Below, piece after piece: positions 1 to 13,500 of a stretch of DNA of 64,000 nt. Below the pieces are notes generated by a model. The model searched no databases, had not been told where the DNA came from, and saw only the letters and a list, made by a program, of their open reading frames with translations. The position numbers and the translations under genes are program-made. The DNA is from Antedon mediterranea (taxonomy: Eukaryota > Animalia > Echinodermata), in the NCBI RefSeq assembly GCF_964355755.1, contig NC_092680.1, positions 7,440,001-7,504,000 of the forward strand, read 5' to 3'. How positions within the stretch are numbered: position 1 is the stretch's first letter; every line of letters starts with the position of its first letter.

Positions 1-135
1 AACTAGTTTGACAAAAAAAAGTGTGATGTGCCCAAATATGGTAGTAATATGTCCAAATATGGTAGTGATATGACATCATCATGCCCATATATGGGCACAT
101 CACATTTTTTTTTTCACATACAATTTGATAGTGTA
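1..135. mobile_element. MITE family A, truncated by the window edge
   Basis: Same internal core and right TIR. Confidence 0.8.
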
Positions 136-562
136 GTGTACAATTAGTCTTGAACTGAGTAACTTGTGTATTACTATATTCAAATAATTTTAATTGCCGT
201 TTACACAATGTGAACACCATTAAGACACCACATAATATGCCAACCATTCATTTTGGCATGATATATTTTAAACTGCATCCATATTTTTATATATCTATGT
301 ATAATTAATTAACTTTTTGTCTGTCTTGATGTATATGTAAAGCGCCTTTGAGCATGTTTTTTTCATGAAAAGGGCGCTATATAAAGGTGGTATAATATTA
401 TTATATAAAAATTAATGTGAATAGCTAAATGATAATGGGGGGTTTTTTTTTTGGCACAACAAATAATATTGGGATGATCATTGATCTATTACATGAACAT
501 TAACTTTAACTGATCTAACAAGATAAATTTTCTACTAGGTAAAAATTTGAAACCGAAAGTAG

Positions 563-729
563 AAGAGGTGTTTATGGTATGGTTACATACTGTACAAAGA
601 CTATTAAAGTGTTACTATATAAGAGGTGTTTATGGTATGGTTACATACTGTACAAAGACTATTAAAGTGTTACTATATAAGAGGTGTTTATGGTATGGTT
701 ACATACTGTACAAAGACTATTAAAGTGTC
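563..729. repeat. 58-bp tandem repeat, ~2.9 copies
   Basis: AAGAGGTGTTTATGGTATGG... starts at 563, 621 and 679. Confidence 0.9.
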
Positions 730-733
730 TTAC

Positions 734-827
734 ATTTGTTGAAGTCTGCTGCTGTTTTGTTGCAACTATTTACAGTACTTTGTATTTCATCTAGCCACAA
801 CATTGGATCTGACTCGTCTTCAGAATT
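734..827 (-). CDS. IQGAP1: IQGAP exon (NSEDESDPMLWLDEIQSTVNSCNKTAADFNK)
   Basis: 94 nt, conserved LWLDEIQ. Confidence 0.93.
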
Positions 828-3800
828 CTATAAAATCAACAAAACAATCAAATATGACTTGTTAGTTGTCTTGTTAACCGTCCTCATTAGGCAGAGTACA
901 CGGTGAGTGAATGGCCGAGCAATTAGACATTGGAACCGTAATCCAATCATAACATCGGCAAGGGTTGGAGGCTCACCCGCTCCATGGTTCTGGTGGTAGA
1001 ACAAGTCTTCTCGGATAAAGACTATAAACCATAGGTCCAGTGTACACACACTGCTCGTGTGCACTTTAAAGAACCTAGTACATTCGAGACGAGTAAAGGG
1101 TTACCCCGGTGTACCGCCTTAATGTGACATGACATGGCCCTTAGGGGGGAAAACATGTAGTTGAAAAGTGTAACATCTGAGTCCACAGTGCCATGAGCAA
1201 TGAAAGATACGTTGGTATTCGGCGCTAAATACAAGAACTCAAATTTTATTACATTAGACTGTCTGATTTCATTTGGTATATGTATTGCCTTTATGTACTA
1301 CATATATTTTTACCTTTTTTTGGTTTTATGCTACCACTCAATATTTTGTATTATTAATTTTTGTTAATGATAAAGGATGTTTACTCACTGCAGCTTTCTT
1401 CTCTTTCTCAGCATGTAGTTGTTTCTGATACAACACTGCTTCATGAGGTTCTACATCATTAAGTTTAGCATATTGCATCTGGAGTGCACTAAGGGTCATG
1501 TCAGCATCCCCTTCATCAATAGCTTCATTAATAGCAGTGATGGCTAGTATCCCTGCATTAAAAAATATTAATAGTTAGCTTTGTAAATGACATTATTGAC
1601 TCTCCTATAGCAGTGATTGCTAGTATCCCTGCAGTAAACAAATTATTATTAGTTAGCTTTGTATGCTTTGTGATGTTCCCAAATATGGTGCTAATATGAC
1701 GTCATTATGTCCATTTTGTCACATAAAGTTTGATAGTGTAGACAGAGCTTTATTAACTGTAATAGCTTTCCCAATTATCTATATTTCAAACATATTTAAA
1801 GGAGGTTATTCCAGGTGAAAAAAAAATTGTGGAAACCACACTTTGGTAAATCCATTGTTGAAGCATTTAAGTATACTCCCACTCAAAAATGTCATACCCA
1901 ACTACCTAGTATGTCATAGTTATATTAGCCTGTTTAATAACTATAAGGACAATCAAATTAAACTGAATTAATCAAAATAATATGATTAGTGTTTTATTCC
2001 GACTTCTGGTAAAGATTCTACACAACTAATGCAAATAATGAAATTAAATATTCATATTTCATCTAAAATTCATAGTATTTTAAAATAATAATAATGTTTG
2101 TTTACTTTCTTGTTCTTCATGTACTGTCTGATTAACAATTTCAATACATTGTTGAACCTCTTCTTGGGTCAAAAAATTGATACCATCCTGAGAAGGAAAT
2201 CAAAATCAAAGTTACTGTCCCTTTAAACTTCAATGGATTTTTATATTATAAAAATGGTATCTCACTAGCAAAAATGTTTTATTTAATTAAAGGTGAAGTC
2301 AACTCAAAACATACATTCAAAAATACAAATAAAAGGGGCATTGTGACAGGATGGAAAAGTAACGGTTGATTAGTGTATATATTAAAATACACAAATGAAA
2401 AAATGAGATGATTGTTGTTTAAGTTGACATGTGGATTGTAGCGTGATACTCTTACAACACCCACACAACATAGTTCAACACATCATATGATAGTCACATG
2501 CTTTAACACATGAATATATGAAATGAAAGAAAGAATATGTCATGTCACTCTTTAGTGGTTGTTTTTAATTAGCCAGTTTTAGGAATGAAGAATTAATCAA
2601 ATTTATTTATTTATTCTTTCTTTTGACTGGATTGCATTTTCAGTAACGCAGTACTGCTTTCCAAAATGGTCCAGTTATAAGTTTACAAGTAAATAAAATT
2701 ATAACATAAATACACAGTAGGCCTAATTTAAAAGATATATACAGAACAGTTAAAAACAAATAAAATAAAAAAATAAAATATATAAAAAGGTAGGATAACA
2801 AAAACAATTCTGTTCTTATATTTTCCTTACATTATCTTTGGCCATTAGGCATTGTAATCCATTAAATATAGTCAATACATTTCAATTATTTTAATAAATT
2901 GGTTTATATGTATTTGTTTATTTTAATAAACAAATACAAAACGATAATAAAAACAAATTATATATTGAGTGAATTTAATTTATCCCGACTTTCTTCCTTT
3001 CCTTCCTTTCAAGTACTGAGTACATATATGATTTTCTTGAAAACTTTTGACTCAAAATATTGATTATAAATAAAATATTTTCCAAAATACAAACCTCAGC
3101 TTTAGTTTGCCTCGCTGCTGTCAATGTACTGTAATATCGTTCTGCATAACTCAGGTCGGATTCTACATCGTCGAGGGTAGCGTCAGGGTTTAAAAGAGCG
3201 TTTATTGTCTCGTCCGAGCTGCCGGTATTTAGAGCATCATTAATCAAAACAACAGCGGATAAAACTGTAAAGTTGAGGTTAGCAAAAGATGATTGTTATT
3301 GATGAAAAAGATGGTAATATGACAGATGTCAGGCATAGATTATTGTCAATGTATGGACTTATTTTATATTAAAAATGCTAATTATTTGCTCAGTGAAATA
3401 GGAAATACTATTATGTATAAGCTTTGTTTTTCTGGAATATATTTTATTTTTTTATTCTATTTCACCTTATTTATAGAGGGTGACCCTAAATAGTGTATCA
3501 TGATAATCAAGGGGCCCTCTTGATGAGTTATGATAACTGTCTGTGTGTGACAGTGGCTGTGTGTGTACTACTACTCCGGGGTAAACCCCAACTCGTCTCG
3601 AAAGATGTACTAGGTACTTTAATGCACTGGACATACGGTTTATAGTCCTTATCCAATACTGTTTCTTATAAAGGTTTACATGACAATAACATGTAATATA
3701 AAAATTACTGAACATCAAATGTCAATACTAACCTTGTACTGCAACTGACAACTGCTGATGGTTCAAGTCCTAAAAAAACAATTTATGTGTAATAAGTTTG

Positions 3801-6800
3801 GCTCAATAATTAACTAACTAACTAATACAATAACCTCACAACATTAATTCTGCAAAAAAATATCCGCCATGAACCCCTTATACACTGCAATGCTAAAACA
3901 AGTTAGGTCAGGCCTATGTATACCCCATGTACTCGTGGTCCTGTGGAATACGAACATGCGCACTAGATTGCAAGGTCATTACCTCATATGTTCACCGACA
4001 TGTCAAAATGAATATACAATTAATCAAAACGTTCATACAGTCGATTACAACCCATGTGTGCACGTTCACTCAAATCGAAAATACTATTAGTATTGTTACA
4101 TTTAAATAATAAGTACAAGGAAAACACATCGCTGCTTAAATTGCACTACATACAATTCTCCATCCAGGGATTGACCAATATTGCATTTTTGCTGGCAGTG
4201 TAAAGTGGCTCTCTAAATTTGCCTATTAGTATTGCTTACATGAATAATCAAGATCGTCTCACCTCTTCATTTGTATCTCTGATTTCTTTTAATTCACTTT
4301 GGTAAAGCTGTTCTCCATTGTCATGCACTTTTGGTAAATTTGCTTCTGGTCTTTTCAGAGCCTTGAGAGTTTCAGCTGAATTTTCAGCACAGATTGCTGC
4401 ATTTATGTCTGCAACTGCCTTGCTTACTGAAAATCAAAGAGTAACATGATTACACAGACAGTGGAACCATAATTACGTAGCCATAACATTGGCAAGGGTT
4501 CGAAGCTCACTCGCTCTATGGTTCATGACTTTCCTGGGATAAGGACTATAACTGTAGGTTCAGTGTACACATCCAGCTCATGTGCACTTTAAAGAACCTA
4601 GAACAACTTTCGAGACGATTAGGAGGTTACCTCGGTGTACTAGCACATCACAGCCACTGATCATAACTGGGCCCTCTGGGAGACCAGTTTTTTTACTGAA
4701 GAGGTCGCCCAGTAGAAATAAATAATAACAAACAATTACATATCGATTATGATGATGATGTTAATGGTAAAGGGTTGGTATTGTACATTATGATGATGAT
4801 AATAATAAATGATGATAGTGGTAATGATGACGGTATAGATAAGACAAACAACAAATACTTACAATCTTTTTGAGACTTTGCTTTTGCATTAGCAGCATTT
4901 ATTGACGCCTGGATCTCATCTTTATCGAGTCTCTGAAAAAAAATTGAACAAATAATTCCCATGTTACGTTTCAGGATAGAATGACAACAACAAAGTTTAG
5001 AAAATACGGAAACACAAGTATCTTTGCAACAATTAGTCCGAAAATTATATGAATACAAATAAATTACAATTGTACTATCTTGCCCAGACGCGTTTTAAAT
5101 TTGTGAGCGAGTGAAAAAATTGTTTGTTTTCCTTTAGTTACATGTCTTATATACTGGTGTGTATTACATGTATACGTGCTGTAAACATTGGGCAATAGTA
5201 ATAGCATGTGATGCTTATTAGTGGACAATTAAAAAGTCATTTGAAACAATACACAACTTGGTCATTTCCTTTAGCAAAATATCACAACATATACTTGGCA
5301 ATAGATAATTAATTAAGTCACACTGAAAATGATAACGTTTTGTTAAATTGTATTTGACCTAGTTTGAACTGGCTATGAAATCTACTAAAAGATTATGGGA
5401 TCAAATTGTATCAGATTGCAATACAACTATCTGGTATCTAAAGTCTAGCCTAATTATTAGAACGTTGAATAATATTCAAACCAGGATTAGGGTAGGTCAA
5501 ATAAGGTAATAGTGCAAATAGGACTTCCAGTATATCAAAAACAAAAACAGGAACACATTACAACTGGATTTTAAAACTACATTAAATTCTTTCTATTCAT
5601 AAACAATTGATATATAGTTTTTATACATTTACAGAGGTGGCCTCTCCTCACTCAATAAGTCAACTATTTTGCAGACATGACAGAAGAGATGCACACCTGT
5701 GCATTGTTCTCACCTGTCCCTTAGCATCCCTGGCTGCTTGTAATTCCTTCATATACCATTCAATGTTATCTGGATCCACATTCTTCAGGCCTAGGATTTT
5801 GTTGCTTAGTGCTTTGAGTACGACATTTGCATTCTGATTTTCAAGTGCTTCGTTTAGACTAGCAACCTCCAGCGCAACTATTAACAAAAGTTTTGCATAA
5901 TATTAGCATTAAGTATGCGTAAAAATGTTGAGGTGATCTCCTATTGTTCCTGCTTTCTTCCCAGCTGTAAGTTGGGAGCAGTCTTTAATGAAAGCTAGCA
6001 GCCTTTAATAAGCTAGCACTTCATATTCTTGTCCTCTTAACTATACAATAATCATGAAGTGAACTACAGTATTGTCTGAACAGATCCCTAATATTGATCA
6101 TAATTATTTCAGTCTGAACAGGCCCTTAATGTTGATTATAAAAGGGATCATTTTTTCAATTATAAACATGGGATGGTATTTTGTCTTTTATTTGATAAAT
6201 CATAGTAAATGCATTACCGTTAATTTTGATATTAAAAAAGTAATGATACAAAGTCAATATATCAATTGATGATTTTCTTGTATAAATAACTATTGACTTA
6301 CTGTTAACTTTGTTAATGTTTCCTTGGATTTCTGCTTGAGTAAGCAAGGTATCGTAGACATCACTATCAACTTCCCCTTCACGTAAAGACTGTTAAAGAG
6401 ATAAAAAAACAAGTTTACTGGTTGTAAACATCAATAAAAAACATCAATAAAAAACAAATTCTTAAATAAAAAACTATCACAACCCTATGCCTGTGCAATG
6501 GAGCAGATAATTTATAAAGAACGTTATATTAAAAAAGACAGAATGGTGATACTGAAAATGACGCCAGGAGGGTTCACAAAATTGGTTTAAAACCCCCATG
6601 TATTATTGAATTATCATATTTAATAATACAGATAATTATATATTTATGTATATGTATAATTAGAAAATTAAGGTTAAGGTTAATACCAACCATCACAATA
6701 AACAAAAATATGCATATTTTCAAAAAAAAATACAATTCAATAATAATAATAATAATTCAATGTAAGATTAGTTTTGTGAATGTTCGATTATTGAGATTGT

Positions 6801-7469
6801 GAAGTGATTAAATGAAATGCCTTGCAAACCATTCAACAGTTCTTTTAGAATAGTACAGGTAGTTCCAAATAACGAACGTCGTGTGACCTGATATCCAATT
6901 AAATTAAATTATCCAATTTATGAACATCCTGTGATGCAATAATATTCCATTAAATTATATGATTTAACTATTAAAGTATATATTATAATATAGATTAACA
7001 TAGCATTACATAGTATAATCAAGGCAGATGTTACTTCTTGGTATAAAGAAGTAGTGTAGTGTATAGTGTTGTATAAATACAGTATATAATAATAATAATA
7101 ATATATATAATAATGTGTGGCATATTAAGAATAGTATCAGAGCTCGCAGAATATTATTGCCTCCAAATAGTTTTTAGCTGCTGATCTTTCATTATTTTTT
7201 TTTTGTGAGAAAAACTAATTAATTTTCTTTTCAATCACTTTGACTTTAACCCTGAAATGTCATTGTCACTGTCTAGAAAAAATTAGTAATTTTTGTAAAG
7301 GTAGTGAAATGCCCGACATGATTTTTAAGTGGCCTCAACCGTCGGACAGGAGATCATGCGAGCCCTGAATAAATACAATAGTGCTTTATTTATTGTTAAT
7401 ATATACTAGATTTAAATGTGGTAATACTGAGAGTAGCAGTGTAATGTAAACATTTAAACTGTAACACAA

Positions 7470-7509
<40 letters not shown>

Positions 7510-10500
7510 ATCACAGGCACAGAATAAAATCTAAAACACATATATAACAGCAAGTGCCTATTGTATCATCGGTGAAAGTAGCACACCTCATCTATTAATG
7601 TAGTAGGCATGTAAACTTGATCATTACACTATGTTTTAAGGTTGAACTTATATAATTATAATATACATCACAGGCACATAATAAATTCAAAACCACCCGG
7701 TGATATACTAAAATTTAATTAATTAATTTGAAACGATAAAGATGAGGAAATCTGTGAGAATGAGAAAAAGTTGCCCCAACCGAGACTCGAACCCGGAACC
7801 TTCTGCTTGATATGCAGATATCCTAAACCATTAGACCACTGGGGCTTTAATGGTATTGTTCAAACTCGATTTGGATAGCGACTCTTTAACATTTTCGGCT
7901 ACAAAAAATAAACACATATATTTGGAATATAAATATTTAGCTGCTATAATATAATGAAAAGCATATTATCAGATAAGATATCATGGTGTGACTGTAAATT
8001 TATATAATTTTTATATATTACGGAAAGAATTTTATGTTATTAGTGTGGTTAATTCCTCATCTTCCAGGATAGTCGGTGAACTAAATTTTGGCATAGTATT
8101 TTTGTAAAGATCAAGATTTATTATTACAAGACAAGAATATTGTATTGTGAAACCAATATGATATGAGTGCATTGGATAAGTAATAAACTGATATGATACA
8201 TTTTTTCATACAGTGCGAACAGATATTATCACATATATTTTCACGTATAAAATACACTTTTTACCCAATACAAAATAACTACATAGAGGAATTATAGAAA
8301 ATAATGATACATTTATTCCATCCAACACCAACTTACTTGTTCTTCCGCCAGTTTTTTTGGATCCTTTGAAAAATAATTATTATGAATGATCAAATATGAA
8401 AATGAAAAAATTGAATTAGGTAATAAAACAATAAGGATGGATATAATGGACTGAAAATGTTTATGTTATAATAAATTAAGGTTTACAATCAATTAATTTG
8501 ACTAATTACATTAATTTGGTGACTAATTGATAGTGGTTTCTTTACAATATGACTGCATACAACATGAATGTGTACACTCTTTTTGACAAGTGTGGCCCTT
8601 TAATGTACTATACACTGACATCATGATACCGCATGACTTGCTTTTGTTGCTATGTGAATCGGATTGCAACCCAGGTTGTAGTCAATGCCTACCCAGATTT
8701 CTACTGATTTTGCTAACTGCCTAATATATGATGAATACACAAATGTACATATGCTAGTTGTCTGATGTATATACTATTAATAATAATAATAATCGTAGTC
8801 TTATATAGCGCCTAATACAATGTTTCCAAGTGCTATACACACAAAAATGACCCAAAAAATATCCTAAAATAAAAAATCAATATTTAGATGAGATATATAT
8901 ATATAGCACAAATCAATTAAAAACAAGTCATAAGTTCTAAACAGTTAAAATCCTGAAAACACTACAAATGGCAATGGCTTTGCATAGCAACAAAGGCATG
9001 TTACACAGTACCACATGACATACATGTAATGATGGTGCATTCTTAACAATGCATTACAACATAGTTTGTATAACTAACTATATTTATAATGAAAATAAAT
9101 TAACAATAACCTTGTTAAGTGCGTTCTCTTTCTTTTCTTCTTTTGCTGAAAATAATTCATTTTGATATTCCTGTTTATCTTCAGGATCCACGTTGACCAA
9201 CAGTGCATTTGCATTCTGTAGCGCCCCCAAAGTCTCATCAGCATTTTCACGCTCAACTGCCTCGTTAATTGCAATTACAGCAGCATGTACTGGAAAATAT
9301 TAAAATCATGATTTGTGTTAGAATGTACAGGAACTTCAAAATATTGACAGACATTACAAATATACTTTTAATTTTATTATTATTTATTTACTATTTTTAT
9401 AGTAAAAAAAACTACAAAATGTAGTTGGCTGGTCTATTCACACACAAAATAAGTTTAACATGGGGTGTATATAGTACGTAATATCAATTTTAATTTTAGC
9501 AATCAGTAAAATAAATTTTGGCAAACAAATATATAATGCTACCAAATAAATCGTTTTTTTTTTTGGCTTTTATCCCATATATCAAGATGACACCTTGTCA
9601 CTTGTTTACCTATTTCCGCTTAAATTAATTTAATAATGAAAACGGGTGATTTAACACGCTTAGCAATATTTCAATACAAGTAACACTTGATGAGTTTATT
9701 TAGGCAAGCATGTTCAGTAGACTGTGAGGTGGTATGTGTGGAGTACATAGGTTTGCTAGGTACAGTAGGAGTAGGTTTAGCACAATAACCTAATTGCTTA
9801 AACTCAGTCTTAACCTTAAGACCAATTAATCAGGCTTAGTTTTTACTCTAGTACTATATGTAACATCAGGAAAGTGTACAATTAATTGCTCTTTCCTGGT
9901 AAAAATAACATTCACAGAGTCGATAAAAATTTTTTTTGTAGCACAGAAGTTAAATGAAATTGTTTCAACATGAATTTTTGTTTTTGTTTTGTAAGACATA
10001 TATGTTTTATGTTTCTAAATGATGTACATTTTTAATTTAAATATTTTATTTATACTTACACGCTGCTTCATCTACAGACATCTGAAAAATATTAAATAAT
10101 TAAAATAATATTTGGGTAAGTTTGCATCACATTCAATACTTTAATTTAAAACAATTTTATTAGTTCTAACCCATCATAAAATGTGTTTTTGTTACGCAGT
10201 AAAATGAAGATGTTTATTATTCATAATATATTTTGTCCTTTTGTAATAAAAATATCATATTGCAGTATCAAATTTACATTTTTGTTTTTAAAATGGTAAC
10301 ATGTGTTATAGATGAATGACTTAATAATATCAAACAAATCAAGGACAAATATTAATTAAACATGAATTAAAATATAATAACTGTGGATGATGATGATGGT
10401 GCATGATGTTGATAAGGATGTTGATGATGATAATGATGCTGCTGATGATATTGATGACATGATCCTGATAATAATGATGCTGATGGTAATGCTAATGATG

Positions 10501-13500
10501 CTGATGTTAATGGTGACATGATCCTGATAATAATGATGGTAATAATAATGATGCTGATGATAATGATGCTGATGGTAATGATAATGATGCTAATGATAAT
10601 GATGCTGATGATAATGATGTTGATAATGATGCTGATGATAATGATGTTGATAATGATGCTGACATGATCCTGATGATAATTATGTGGATGATAATGATAA
10701 TTATGCTGATGATAATGGTAACATGATCCTCATGATAATGATGCTGATGCTAATGATAATGATGATATGATGCTGATAATGATGCTGATAATGTTGACAT
10801 GATGCTGATGATTAAAGATACTATAGATGATGATGGCTATGCTAAATATCAAGACTAAAGATCATGATGATAATAATAATTTTGATGATGATAATGTTAA
10901 TACCGACAATGACAAATAATGACAAAGAAAATGTCATAAATATATGAATAATGAAATTAATGTTAATTACTAATATAAATCCGAAAATACATTTAATATA
11001 TTTAAAATCAATAACTTTCTCTACAATCATCTATAAGAGTTTCAAGTTCAAAGGTTCAATCTATATCCAACAAAGAGGAATTCCTTGCGGACCTAATAGA
11101 AAAAATCAATGGCAATGTGCCATTCCTTATGGATAGGCTAGTAATTTGCATATTGTAAGAAGGAAAATTATCATATTCACTTTGAATCTTTCAACCTATA
11201 TATGTAATTCTATAAGGAAAATTAACAAGCCGGTGCAGCATAACAATGTTGATACATTTTCAACTTAATACTTTATTTCGTGTACTGCAAATCAGACATT
11301 ACTAAAGCTCTGTCTACACTATCAAACTTTATTTGAAAAAAAAAAATGTGATGTGCCCATGATGATGTCATATCACTACCATATTTAAGCATATCACTAA
11401 CATTTATTTAGGCACATCACGTTAGTCTTGAACTAGTTTGATAGTGTAGACAGAGCTTTTTAGGGAAATCCTATTCACATTTAATGTTTGACATAAATAT
11501 ATGTGATTTTATATTGGATCAAAAGGTAACAAATATAACAGCTTACGTTTTCGGCAAGAATGCCACCAATTTTTCCAAATGCTGGCATTTGAATTCCATA
11601 CTTTTCCAATTCCATCTGCATGATACTAATTTCTTCCTCTGAATTGGAACAAATGATTAAAATAAAACAGTTAAAATGTATCTCTCTACAAAAATGTTTT
11701 CTTAAGTTCCAACCTTAGAATGTGAACAAAACAAGTTAATTTAAATAAATATTTAAAGATGTATTGTCCCCCAAAAACATGAAAAATGAAGATTAATTAA
11801 ATCAGACTTTGAATATGTTATGTTGTAGTTTTAATAAAGTTAATCACTTCCGTAGAAAAAAAATAATGTTTTCACTTATAAAATGACAATTTAATAAATG
11901 GTTAAATTTCACCAAAAACCATTGGTTTTTTTGCTTTAATTACAGTTTTTTCAGGTAAATACATTTTTTTTCGATCTAATTTTTAGTCAAAGTGGATAAC
12001 TATTATGTTAATTAAAATGGCATATTCAGAAAAAATTTGTTAAGAATTATTTTTTCAGGGGGACAATACATACTTATAAAGGGAGCGATCTTAGATCGGG
12101 CAGGGCAATGATCTTATTATGTTAGAAGAAAATATTGAATAGTGTGTAAAGAAAAATTACGACAAAAGTTAAAAGTCGTCATCCATTGATCTATTTAAGA
12201 AACGTCTCAAGACATATTTGTTATAATTATATAATTATATATAAATATAATAATTATATAATCTTCCTATTTGATTGCTTTGGAAAATATTTTGCGTATA
12301 ATTTGTATAGATTGTATTTGCTTTTTGAGAAATATTAACTTTTTCATTTTAAAGATGAGTAATACTGTAGATAAAAGAAAACACATTTACAAATTACAAA
12401 TAATACATTTGATTGCATCTACATATCATGACTATACTACTTTCAATTAGTAATATTTATAAAAAGGTGTATAGATTCATCTACAATGGCTTTAACTAAT
12501 CATATTTCCCTTAATATGTATCGCTACTAATTTTCTAGTTTGTACTTGTGGCTAGTTTGGTTATTATACACAATAGACTTAAGCCATCTGTTGTATTCAT
12601 TCGCAATCTAGTATTGTATTAGTTTTTATCATACCAATGCAGATGTCAAACGCTGTGACATGAAGCGGAACACATATCAAAACAACGGTTAAATCAATTC
12701 TATTTAACAAATAGATGGATCTTTATCTTATACACAGTTACAATATTATGCTTATCATTATTATATTCATTTATACATTTTTCAGACTTCAAAATAAAGC
12801 TGTGAAATTATGAGAATTTAAACATTTAAAAACGCAAAATACCTAAATCACGCTTGATTTTGAGATAAGGATAGTGATGTAAAACGTCTGTGGCCAAATT
12901 TTTCCTGGGTCGGAACAGCCTCCTACAACCTAGTGTAAGGCTTAAGTTACTACAAGAGGCATTATTACAAATTTCCCATGTATAAAACAACTTGTAACCA
13001 GGCCTACCTTACTGTATAATTCTAAAAAGAAATTATACTATAATATGTTAATAATACTAATATAGGGTATACTTTGACAAATAAAACTCAAATAGTGAAA
13101 AGAGCCTTAATCTGGAATGCTTAGGTTGACTAATACTGTACCTTTCATTCTTCATACTTCAAGGTACAACAGACACTAGGTATTCTGGGTTTTTTTTTTT
13201 CAAACACCAACACAAACAATCTACAATTGATACATACAATCTAACTCTAACTATTAGTCCCAAAACAGGAGTTTAAATAAAATAACTCCTTTTTATAAAT
13301 ATTACCTTAATTTTTTATTTAAAATCTATTCAAGCAATTCTATCTAAAGCCAACGTTTAAAAAATGCTATGGTATTTAGCTAGTTTACTAAAGTTTATAA
13401 TATTGTAATTGGTTTTCTCTGAAAAACCATCTTCAAACAACACAAAAAGCCATTACTGTTGTACAAAACCATAATAGAAGATTAAAGATCTTGGAATGTT

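Noticed and set aside
7805-7815. UGA-suppressor or Sec tRNA (TCA within the anticodon loop)
   Set aside because: The stem register places ATC at positions 34-36, and there is no long variable arm or extended acceptor stem.
10386-10900. Asp/Asn-rich coding exon
   Set aside because: A degenerate trinucleotide microsatellite with frame-breaking interruptions and no splice sites.
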